DNA of 60,591 nucleotides from Rickettsiales bacterium (GTDB lineage Bacteria; Pseudomonadota; Alphaproteobacteria; Rickettsiales; UBA1997): NCBI GenBank assembly GCA_044360285.1, contig JBIKKP010000003.1, positions 1 to 60,591 of the forward strand, read 5' to 3'. Shown piece by piece: positions 46,959 to 55,460 of this stretch (position 1 is its first letter; each line of letters starts with the position of its first letter). The notes under the pieces were generated by a model. It saw only the letters and a program-made list of their open reading frames with translations, ran no database searches and was not told where the DNA came from. The position numbers and the translations under genes were made by a program.

Positions 46959-49811
46959 ATGAAATCAAAGCCAGTAAGAAAGCCAGAGGTTGAGCAGGAA
47001 GATGATGATGAGATAGAAGTTGCCGCAAGTGGCCCTGGCATTGCTTCGGGCAAGAAAAGCAAAATGGCGATCATTTTGTTTTCTTCCGTCTTTGCGACAT
47101 TGGTGATCTATTTCTTTTTCTTCAAAGATCAGCCAAAAACAGTTGAAACCCTTGATGCTGTTGAAGCACCGCAAGCTGCTGCGCCAATTGCTGGAAGCGA
47201 TAGATCTCCATTTGAAATTGATCTTTCAAAAGACGAATCGCAGCAAGAAGAAAAATATGATAATCTTGATGCGCCGCAAGAGCCAGCAGTTCCATCTCTT
47301 CCAGATTTACCAAAAGATGAATCAGCAGCATTTGACAAACCTGCTGCAACTGCGGAAGTTCCAGCTTCAGATGTTGTTGCTGATGATGTAAATCCAGCGC
47401 TTGTTGCCATGGCGCAGAATGATTTGCAAAATCAAATCCTTCAAATGCAGCAGCAAATAGACACAATGCAGCAGCAGATGGCCAATGCATTTGAAGCAAA
47501 TCAAACCCCAGCTTCTCAGAAAGCGGAATTTCAACAAAAAATTATTGATTTAGAGAAGCGCATATCCGCTTTGGCCGGACAAGGAACTGTTGCGCCAGAG
47601 AAGCAAAAACTTTTGCAAGAGCAGACCGAAAAGTTGCAGCAAGATGTAGCTGATTTGGCAAAAAGAGACGATATTCCGGCGCGGCAAAAACAGCAGATGA
47701 TTCAGCAAACTGATCAGTTTCAACAAAGAATTTCCGATGCTCTTGAACAAACAAAACTCACTTTTGATGAGAAGTCGCTGCTAAAAAAAGAGGCGGATAA
47801 AATTGGCAATAAAGTTCGTGAGATACGCACGCAAACACAGGTTCCAGAGTTGCAATATCAAATTAAGCAATTTGATCAAAAAATCGAAGAAATTTCGTCA
47901 GGAAAAGGTGTTCCAATAGCACAGCGCAGAGCTTTGAAATCAAATGTCTCTGGCTTTCAAGACCAGGTTTTAGAAGTTGCCACAAGTGACAAAACCCTGC
48001 CAGAGCAAAAGCAAAGAATTATCAGCGATTTTGAGGATTTTAAGCGCAGCATAAACAATGATATCGATCAAACTAAATTGAGTCTCGATGACAAAAACTT
48101 ACTCAAAAAAGAAGTCGAAAAAATTGGCAAAAAGGCAAATTCAATAAATAGCTCGTCGCAACTTCCTGATCTGCAATATCAGATAAAGCAACTTGATCAA
48201 AAGATTGACGAAGTTGTACAAAAAAATGATCTGCCGCAGATGCAAAAAAGATCGCTGCAACAGCCAGTGGTGAAGTTGCAAGACTCGGTTAAATCAGTAT
48301 CAAAAGATAAAAAAGTTCCAGCTAAGCAAAAAGATGATTTGCGTTATCGTTTTGATGCTTTTGAGAAAAAAGTTAACGAAGTTCTCGACGGCAATAAGCT
48401 TTCCGCTGAGCAAAAACGCCCTTTTAAGCAAGAAGTAAAAACTCTACAAGAGAAGGTGCGTAATGTTTCAAATCCAAATGAAATTGTTGAGTTGCGTGAG
48501 CAGATAAAAAATGTCGAAGAAAGAATTGCGAAACTTTCTGAGATAAAACAAGTCTCACCAATTCAACGTAACGCTTTGCAAAAGCAGGTAGAAGAGCTCG
48601 ATAAAAAAGCTGGCGAGATTGCTGGTTTGGCTGGCGCAACTGTTTTGCCTAAAGATCAGCAGCAAAAATTGGATCAGCAGGTTCAAGACCTTTCCAAGCA
48701 AGTTGCTAGCCTATCTAGCCAAAACCAAATTCCGCAGCTGCAGCAGCAAATCAAAAAACTTGATACGCAAATTTCTTCTTTGTCGAAATCAAAGCAGTTG
48801 CCACAAGATCAAACTTCGCAGCTGCAAAGTCAGATACAGGAACTTTCCAAACAAGTAGCGTCGCTTTCTAAACAAGATCAAGTGCCGTTGCTGCGTGAGG
48901 AAATAAAACAAATGCAAGCGCAAGTGGACCTTTTTGCCAAAGGTGGAAATGCAGCATTGCAACCAATAATTATTCAACAAGGAGGGTCTCCAGCGCAGGT
49001 CGCTTTGCCATCCCCAACTGATCTGCCAAAGAAAGAATTAAATCCACGTTATGCGCCAATTGTTGTTTTCTCTGGGGCGGGGAGTGCTCCAGCTCTTGGT
49101 GTTGGTTATGATAAAAATATCGTCAAACTTAAAGATGATCCATTCAGCAAATTACAAAGAACTGAACCTGGTGTTGTGGCAACTTATATTGCTGATCGCG
49201 CTCACACAATTGCACAGGGAAAAATTTTGACAGCGGTGCTTGAAACGGCAATCGATACGCAAGTTCCAGGATTGGTTCGTGCTATTGTCAGTCGCGATGT
49301 TTATGCGGAAGCGGGTAATGATGTTTTGATTCCGCGCGGCTCACGTTTATTTGGCGCTTATTCAAGCGAAATTACTCGTGGTCAGGGTCGTGTGCAAATT
49401 GGCTGGAGGCGTTTGATTCGACCAGACGGCGTTGATTTGGCAATCAGCTTTATTGCCGCTGACCAATTCGGTAGGTCGGGAATTTATGGCGATGTCGATA
49501 ATAAATATGACGTGGTTATTGCTAACTCGCTTCTCACGAGTTTGCTTACCATTGGTGGTGTTGCGGCAGCGCAGGCTTTAATTGGAGATAGTGCAACAAC
49601 GACAACAACAAATCCAACGCAAGGCAGCGTGACAACAACTGGCAATGCAACTAACCAGGCGCTTTATGATGTAAGTAAAACAATTATGGGCACAGCGAAT
49701 CAAATTATTGGAAATTCATTAAATGCGAATCCAGTTATTCGTGTTCCGCAAGGCACAAGAATTGCAGTAATCGTCAATTCTGATATCGTCATTCCTTCGA
49801 TGAGAAGGTAA
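46959..49811 (+). CDS. virB10: Type IV secretion VirB10/TrbI with large repetitive insertion
   Basis: N-terminal TM and a C-terminal TrbI domain (IAQGKILTAVLETAIDT..PG.VRA.VSRDVYAE.G..VLIPRGSRLFG.Y, DQFGRSG, VPQGTRI). Confidence 0.92.
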   Translation: MKSKPVRKPEVEQEDDDEIEVAASGPGIASGKKSKMAIILFSSVFATLVIYFFFFKDQPKTVETLDAVEAPQAAAPIAGSDRSPFEIDLSKDESQQEEKYDNLDAPQEPAVPSLPDLPKDESAAFDKPAATAEVPASDVVADDVNPALVAMAQNDLQNQILQMQQQIDTMQQQMANAFEANQTPASQKAEFQQKIIDLEKRISALAGQGTVAPEKQKLLQEQTEKLQQDVADLAKRDDIPARQKQQMIQQTDQFQQRISDALEQTKLTFDEKSLLKKEADKIGNKVREIRTQTQVPELQYQIKQFDQKIEEISSGKGVPIAQRRALKSNVSGFQDQVLEVATSDKTLPEQKQRIISDFEDFKRSINNDIDQTKLSLDDKNLLKKEVEKIGKKANSINSSSQLPDLQYQIKQLDQKIDEVVQKNDLPQMQKRSLQQPVVKLQDSVKSVSKDKKVPAKQKDDLRYRFDAFEKKVNEVLDGNKLSAEQKRPFKQEVKTLQEKVRNVSNPNEIVELREQIKNVEERIAKLSEIKQVSPIQRNALQKQVEELDKKAGEIAGLAGATVLPKDQQQKLDQQVQDLSKQVASLSSQNQIPQLQQQIKKLDTQISSLSKSKQLPQDQTSQLQSQIQELSKQVASLSKQDQVPLLREEIKQMQAQVDLFAKGGNAALQPIIIQQGGSPAQVALPSPTDLPKKELNPRYAPIVVFSGAGSAPALGVGYDKNIVKLKDDPFSKLQRTEPGVVATYIADRAHTIAQGKILTAVLETAIDTQVPGLVRAIVSRDVYAEAGNDVLIPRGSRLFGAYSSEITRGQGRVQIGWRRLIRPDGVDLAISFIAADQFGRSGIYGDVDNKYDVVIANSLLTSLLTIGGVAAAQALIGDSATTTTTNPTQGSVTTTGNATNQALYDVSKTIMGTANQIIGNSLNANPVIRVPQGTRIAVIVNSDIVIPSMRR
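47670..48930 (+). repeat. Internal coding repeats of VirB10: three with a 321-bp period and two with a 153-bp period
   Basis: QTKL/QTKL/GNKL start at 47748, 48069 and 48390. LPKDQ/LPQDQ start at 48645 and 48798. Boundaries are approximate. Confidence 0.8.
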
Positions 49812-49822
49812 TTTTCTGGTCA

Positions 49823-50656
49823 ATGAGCAAAAAACTAATCAATCTGCATTTAATTTCTGACTCAACGGGCGAAACATTAAGCTCGGTTGCGCGTGCAGTT
49901 CTGTCGCAATTTGAGGGTGTGGAATCGAGCGATTTTATCTGGCCGCTAATTCGAACTAAGCCGCAGCTTGATCGCGTGATGGAATCAATTTCGCAAAATC
50001 CCGGCATTGTTATGTATACAATTTTGCATGACGAATTGATCGATGAGTTGCGCCGCAAATGTTATGAAATCAAGGTTCCCTGTATTCCTGTTTTGTCGCA
50101 TATTATTGGCGAATTCTCGAGTTATCTTGGTATGACAATTAGCAGTACTATCGGCCGGCAACATTTACTCGATAACCAGTATTTTTCGCGCGTTGATGCA
50201 ATCAGCTACACAATCAATCATGATGACGGCCAAGCGACGTGGGATCTTTATGAAGCTGACATCGTAATTGTTGGTGTTTCGCGCACTTCAAAATCTCCAA
50301 CTTCTGTCTATCTTTCTTGCCGCGGCTTTAAGACCGCAAATGTGCCATTTGTCTCACTTGAGACCATTCCCGAGTCGCTTTATGAAATTAAAAAACCACT
50401 GATTGTTGGTTTGACAATTAATCCAGAAAAATTGGTGCAAATAAGGCAGACGCGCTTAGCTTCAATTGGTCAAGAAACAGGTACAGATTACATCGATGTT
50501 GAATCGGTAAAAAACGAAATTGCCGAATCGCGTAAACTTTTCGCGAAGCTTGGCTGTCCGGTCCTTGACGTCACTAAAAGGTCAGTTGAAGAAACGGCGG
50601 CTAAAATAATTCAGCTGCTGCAAGAAAAACGAATCAAAGAAAAACAAAATCAGTAA
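49823..50656 (+). CDS. PPDK/PEP synthase regulatory protein (kinase/pyrophosphorylase, DUF299)
   Basis: ISDSTGET, HDDG, GVSRTSKSP and SVEETAA motifs. Confidence 0.93.
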   Translation: MSKKLINLHLISDSTGETLSSVARAVLSQFEGVESSDFIWPLIRTKPQLDRVMESISQNPGIVMYTILHDELIDELRRKCYEIKVPCIPVLSHIIGEFSSYLGMTISSTIGRQHLLDNQYFSRVDAISYTINHDDGQATWDLYEADIVIVGVSRTSKSPTSVYLSCRGFKTANVPFVSLETIPESLYEIKKPLIVGLTINPEKLVQIRQTRLASIGQETGTDYIDVESVKNEIAESRKLFAKLGCPVLDVTKRSVEETAAKIIQLLQEKRIKEKQNQ

Positions 50657-50659
50657 AAA

Positions 50660-52117
50660 ATGGTTAAGCGTACAATCCTGATTGTTGATGATGAGTTAAC
50701 GCAATGTAAGGTACTTAGTAAGTTCATTGAAAAGCTTGAGCACAATTACCTTATCATGCGTAGCGGCATGGAAGTGGTCGATTTCTTTATGAATAAAAAA
50801 GTCATCAGCGGCATTTCTTGTCATGATGTTGATGTGATGTTGCTCGATCTTTCGATGCCAGATCTTGACGGACTTACCGTATTAAAGCAGATTGCGCCAA
50901 TCAAGGGCGACTTACAAGTTGTAGTGCTTACAGCAAATAAAGATGTGAACTTAGCCATCACCGCAATCAACTATGGTGCAATTGATTACATCGTCAAAGG
51001 CGATCGCGACATCTTTGCGCGCGTGACGGCTTCAATCAATAACGCTGTCGAAAAGAAAAATCTCAAATATCAAATTTCGCACCTTGCGCGTAAGGGCAAA
51101 GACCAAGTCGCTTTTTCTGATGTCATTGGACAAAGCGAGGCGATTTCTGCTGTTGTGCGTTTGGCCAAAAAAGCCGTAAATTCGACCATTCCAATTCTAG
51201 TTGAGGGTCCGGCTGGTTCTGGAAAAGAGTTGCTTGCCCGTGCCATTCATGGTTCCAGTCCAAGGTCGGGAAAGCCTTTTGTGATGATTGAATGCGATTT
51301 GCTGCGCAGTACCAACGCCGAAGAAGAGCTTTTTGGTTCTGATAAACTTTCACCAGATGGTACAACTAAAAATATCGGCAAGCTGCGCGAGGCAAATAAC
51401 GGCACCATTTTCTTCGAAAAAATCGACACACTTCGAACCGATCTGCAAGTGAAGCTTTTGCGTTTTATGCAGGAAGGCGAATTCACACCGGTTGCTGGTA
51501 AATTGCCGATTCGTGTCAATGTTCGGGTAATTTGCTCAACAACACGCAGCCTAGAAAAACTCGTTGAAGCCAAAAAATTCCGCGAAGATTTACGCTACCG
51601 CATTTCCGCTTTCACCATCGCCATTCCACCACTCAAGGATCGTGGTGAAGATGATATCAAAATTCTTACCGAAAGTTTTTATCGCGATTTTGCCATCAAC
51701 GAAAATAAAAAAATCAAAGGCATTAGCTCGGATGCACTCTACTTGCTCTACAATTACGATTGGGAAGACAACGTACGCCAACTCAAAAACGCAATTTTTC
51801 GCGCTGTTGTGCTTTGTGATGGCGACACGCTTAAGCCAGAACATTTTCCGCAGCTCTTAAACAAAGAAAATAACAGCCTCACTAAAGCAAAATTCGCCAT
51901 CAAAAAAAGTTCGGAAATCAACAGCGAGCTTATCGATATTTTTGATGATGAAGGTCGCTGCAAAACTATCGAAGTTATTGAAGAAGAAATTATTCGCAGG
52001 CTTGTTGACATCCACAACGGCAACTTATCAGAAGTGGCTAAGCAGCTTGATATTGGTCGCTCGACGATCTATCGCAAATTGAAAATTTTGAACGAAAATT
52101 ATGACGAGAAAAATTAG
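50660..52117 (+). CDS. NtrC-family response regulator (REC-AAA+-HTH), TacA-like, lacking GAFTGA
   Basis: ILIVDD..LLDLSMP receiver, GPAGSGKE, KLLRFMQEGE, FREDL and SEVAKQLDIGRSTIYRKL motifs. Confidence 0.88.
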   Translation: MVKRTILIVDDELTQCKVLSKFIEKLEHNYLIMRSGMEVVDFFMNKKVISGISCHDVDVMLLDLSMPDLDGLTVLKQIAPIKGDLQVVVLTANKDVNLAITAINYGAIDYIVKGDRDIFARVTASINNAVEKKNLKYQISHLARKGKDQVAFSDVIGQSEAISAVVRLAKKAVNSTIPILVEGPAGSGKELLARAIHGSSPRSGKPFVMIECDLLRSTNAEEELFGSDKLSPDGTTKNIGKLREANNGTIFFEKIDTLRTDLQVKLLRFMQEGEFTPVAGKLPIRVNVRVICSTTRSLEKLVEAKKFREDLRYRISAFTIAIPPLKDRGEDDIKILTESFYRDFAINENKKIKGISSDALYLLYNYDWEDNVRQLKNAIFRAVVLCDGDTLKPEHFPQLLNKENNSLTKAKFAIKKSSEINSELIDIFDDEGRCKTIEVIEEEIIRRLVDIHNGNLSEVAKQLDIGRSTIYRKLKILNENYDEKN

Positions 52118-52982
52118 GACCGCCGTTTTTCCAGTTGGTGGATTAGGAACCCGCTTTTTGCCGGCAACCAAGTCGATGCCAAAAGAAATGCTGCCCATCG
52201 CCAATAAGCCAATCATCCAATACGCCTACGAAGAAGCAAAAGCTGCTGGAATTGAGAAATTTATTTTTGTCACCGGTCGCAACAAAAACGCCATCAACAA
52301 TCACTTCGATCACGCTTACGAACTTGAGTCAACTCTTGATGAAAAAAATAAATCAAACGAGCTCGACCAAGTAATGTCTTGGATGCCGCAAGCTGGCCAG
52401 ATTGCTTTCGTGCGCCAACAAAAACCTCTGGGTCTTGGTCATGCAATTTGGTGTGCGCGTAATTTTATTGCCAGCGACGAGCCTTTTGTGGTGATTCTTG
52501 CCGATGAAATGATGATGCAAAGCCAGGGCAGAAAAAGAAATTTTTTGGGCGAAATGATCGATTTTTATTATCGCCATGAAGAGCTTTCCAGCGTTGTTGC
52601 CGTAGGCGAAATTGACATCAAAGACTCAACAAAATATGGAATAATTAAAACTGATGGCAGCAAAAGAATTACTGACATGGTTGAAAAACCAAAGTCAGAA
52701 GTTGCGCCATCAAATCTTGCAATCACTGGTCGCTACATACTTCAGCCAGAAATTTTTGAATATCTTTCTAAGTTTGAAATTGGTTCTGGCGGCGAAATTC
52801 AATTAACTGACGCCATGAAAGCGATGTGTAAAAATCATCCTTTTTATTATCGCATTATTGACGAAATGAGATTTGATTGTGGCAACGTGCTTGGCTATCT
52901 TGAAGCCAATATCGCCTTCGCTTTGGCTAATGAAAAAATTACGCAAGACGTCAAAGAGCTAATCAAAAAATACATTAAATAA
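52101..52982 (+). CDS. galU: UTP--glucose-1-phosphate uridylyltransferase
   Basis: AVFPVGGLGTRFLPATK..PKEMLP, GLGHA, VEKP and GEIQLTDA motifs. Confidence 0.96.
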   Translation: MTRKIRTAVFPVGGLGTRFLPATKSMPKEMLPIANKPIIQYAYEEAKAAGIEKFIFVTGRNKNAINNHFDHAYELESTLDEKNKSNELDQVMSWMPQAGQIAFVRQQKPLGLGHAIWCARNFIASDEPFVVILADEMMMQSQGRKRNFLGEMIDFYYRHEELSSVVAVGEIDIKDSTKYGIIKTDGSKRITDMVEKPKSEVAPSNLAITGRYILQPEIFEYLSKFEIGSGGEIQLTDAMKAMCKNHPFYYRIIDEMRFDCGNVLGYLEANIAFALANEKITQDVKELIKKYIK

Positions 52983-53629
52983 TGGCAAGAAATGTCGTAC
53001 CACCAAGATCAGGCACGCTAAGAAGATTTTTTTCTTGGAAAGGAATTGGCGACACCTGGAAGCAAGCCGGAGATATTGCCAGCTACGGCGGCACTAGCTC
53101 AATCTTGTGGCCGCTATATGGAGTATTTAATGCCTCTGCCGCCCTTGTTTATGGCACGGTGACAACTGCAACACAGCTTCTTGGTATAACAGCTGCTGGC
53201 GTTTATAATGGCGTCAAAACTATTGTTGAAGGAAGAGGTAAGCAAAAAGTTGCGCCAAAACTTGCGGCGGGAGTGATCAGAAGAGAAGTTTTAGATGCCG
53301 AAGTTGAGGTGGTGATGAGGGATGAAAGAGGAAAAATGACGAAAGTTATAGATCTGAACACCGGAGTGCAGAGAGATATAACCGGTGCCGATAGAGCAAA
53401 TGAATTAGGTAGAGATGCAAAGGCAGGGTCTAGGGGTGGTAATGAAAACACCTCATCTCCCAAGGGTTTGTGGAATCGTTTACGCGGATCGCAAGAAGCA
53501 GAAGTAGGCGTGACCATGAAACAAGCGAATCCTTCACCGAGTCCCCAGCCAACTTCTTGCGCACAATTCATCAGGAGACTTTTCCACGGACGACAAGATG
53601 ATGTCCGCGGACAAGGCGCTGGTCGCTAA
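52982..53629 (+). CDS. Orphan 215-aa protein, candidate effector
   Basis: TAATG-coupled to galU. It has a hydrophobic N-proximal segment and the tail PSPSPQPTSCAQF...GAGR. Confidence 0.75.
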   Translation: MARNVVPPRSGTLRRFFSWKGIGDTWKQAGDIASYGGTSSILWPLYGVFNASAALVYGTVTTATQLLGITAAGVYNGVKTIVEGRGKQKVAPKLAAGVIRREVLDAEVEVVMRDERGKMTKVIDLNTGVQRDITGADRANELGRDAKAGSRGGNENTSSPKGLWNRLRGSQEAEVGVTMKQANPSPSPQPTSCAQFIRRLFHGRQDDVRGQGAGR

Positions 53630-53681
53630 TCTACACTCTTTCAAAAAACCACAGTCCAATCAACTAAAAATCTCAAAAATC

Positions 53682-54626
53682 ATGCAAAATAAAGTTGCCA
53701 TAGTCTTTCCAGGTCAAGGTTCGCAAGCGGTTGGAATGGGTAAAGATCTCTCCGATAATTTTGCCGCAGCGCGTGAGGTTTTTCAAATCACTGACGAAAT
53801 TTTGGGCGTGAATTTATCGAAAATTATGTTCGAAGGCCCAAGTGAAGAACTAACTAAAACCGAAAATACGCAACCAGCTTTGATGGCTGTCTCTATTGCC
53901 TTAGTGCGAGTTTTGGAAAAAGAATTTGGCAAAAAATTTTCCGATCTTTGCGCCATGACCGCGGGACATTCTCTTGGTGAATATTCCGCACTTTGCGCCG
54001 CGTCTTCAATTTCTTTAGAAGAAACCGCAAAGCTTCTGCATGTACGCGGATCAGCAATGGCAAGATGCGGACAAAAAACTTCAGGCAGCATGGCGGCGCT
54101 ACTTGGTGTTGATGCTGATGTTGCGCAAGAAATTGCTGCACAAGCTGCGCAAGGCGAGGTTTGCCAAGTTGCCAATGACAATTGCGTTGGCCAAATCGTT
54201 ATTTCTGGTTCAAAAGATGCAATTACGCGCGCTGTTGAAATTGCTAAAACGAAAGGAGCTAAGCGCGCAATCGTTTTGCCAGTAAGTGGCGCATTTCACA
54301 GTGCTTTGATGCTTGATGCGCAAAATGAAATGAAGCAAGCACTGGCAACTGCACAAATAAAAGCGCCAACAGTTCCATTGGTTGCTAATGTTACAGCAAA
54401 TTTAGTTGGCAGTGGTGATGAAATTCGTGATCTTTTAGCAAAACAGGTGACTGGTTCGGTGAGATGGCGCGAAACCATGCTATTCATGGCTTCACAAGGA
54501 ATTGAAGAAATTATCGAAATTGGTTCTGGAAAAGTTTTGGCTGGCTTGGTTGCAAAAACTTGTCCAAATTTAAAAGCGCGCTCAATACAAAATTCGCAAG
54601 ATATTAAAGAATTTTTATCTCTGTGA
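53682..54626 (+). CDS. fabD: Malonyl-CoA-ACP transacylase
   Basis: FPGQGSQ, TQPA, GHSLGEY and VSGAFHS motifs. ATG at 53682. Confidence 0.97.
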   Translation: MQNKVAIVFPGQGSQAVGMGKDLSDNFAAAREVFQITDEILGVNLSKIMFEGPSEELTKTENTQPALMAVSIALVRVLEKEFGKKFSDLCAMTAGHSLGEYSALCAASSISLEETAKLLHVRGSAMARCGQKTSGSMAALLGVDADVAQEIAAQAAQGEVCQVANDNCVGQIVISGSKDAITRAVEIAKTKGAKRAIVLPVSGAFHSALMLDAQNEMKQALATAQIKAPTVPLVANVTANLVGSGDEIRDLLAKQVTGSVRWRETMLFMASQGIEEIIEIGSGKVLAGLVAKTCPNLKARSIQNSQDIKEFLSL

Positions 54627-55423
54627 AACTCAGCGCCGTAGGACTTTGGATCGTTGCAACTTACTGCTTTTTATTGATCTTCCTTTTTGTTTTTCAGCGC
54701 AATTTGCAATATGTTCCATCTGGCGAGGTTCATTCTCCAGCGAGTTATGATTTAAAAAATTTTGAAGAAAAATTTTTGACCAGCAGTGATCAAAAGAAGC
54801 TACTTGCCTGGTATCACAAGCCGCGCCCGGGTAAAAAAATTATTCTCTATTTTCATGGTAATGCCGGAAATCTTGGTAGCCGTGCGGCAAAATTTGCTGC
54901 TTTGTCGCGCCAAGGATTTGGCTTGTTTGCCGTGAGTTATCGCGGCTATTCAGGCTCAGAAGGTTCGCCAAACGAAATGGCGATAATTTCTGATGCAAAA
55001 ATGTCCTTAGCCTTCTTGCTTGCTCAGGGTTATGACTATGAAGATATAATTCTTTTTGGCGAATCGCTTGGTTCTGGTGTTGCGGTGCAAATTGCTGCTG
55101 AAAAAAAATTCGCGGCGATAGTTTTAGAAGCTCCCTACAGTTCAATTTCTTCCGTTGCACAGCGCCGCTATTGGTTTGCGCCAGTTTCAATTTTGCTTAA
55201 AGACAGGTTTGAATCGATCAAATTTGCGTCAAAAATTTCTTCACCAACTTTGATAATTCACGGTGATGCCGACCGTGTTGTGCCTTATGACGAAGGGCAA
55301 AAACTTTTTGCGGCAATTTCTGCTGCACAAAAAAAACTCATCACCGTTGAAGGTGCTGATCATTTGAAGTTTGACAATGATTTTGTGGCGCAGGCGATTA
55401 GTGATTTTCTTAAAACTCGCTAG
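54623..55423 (+). CDS. Alpha/beta hydrolase (BEM46/ABHD13-like)
   Basis: N-terminal TM, YFHGNAG, YRGY, GESLG and HGDAD motifs. Confidence 0.9.
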   Translation: MKLSAVGLWIVATYCFLLIFLFVFQRNLQYVPSGEVHSPASYDLKNFEEKFLTSSDQKKLLAWYHKPRPGKKIILYFHGNAGNLGSRAAKFAALSRQGFGLFAVSYRGYSGSEGSPNEMAIISDAKMSLAFLLAQGYDYEDIILFGESLGSGVAVQIAAEKKFAAIVLEAPYSSISSVAQRRYWFAPVSILLKDRFESIKFASKISSPTLIIHGDADRVVPYDEGQKLFAAISAAQKKLITVEGADHLKFDNDFVAQAISDFLKTR

Positions 55424-55451
55424 GCGCTACCGCGCGCCTTCAAGGATGACG
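55422..55451. repeat. Palindromic element family A (right arm only)
   Basis: aggcgctaccgcgcgccttcaaggatgacg. Confidence 0.7.
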
Positions 55452-55460
55452 AGATGAGGG

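Noticed and set aside
53598-53681. Longer fabD start overlapping the orphan
   Set aside because: FabD similarity begins at MQNKVAIVFPGQG (ATG 53682).
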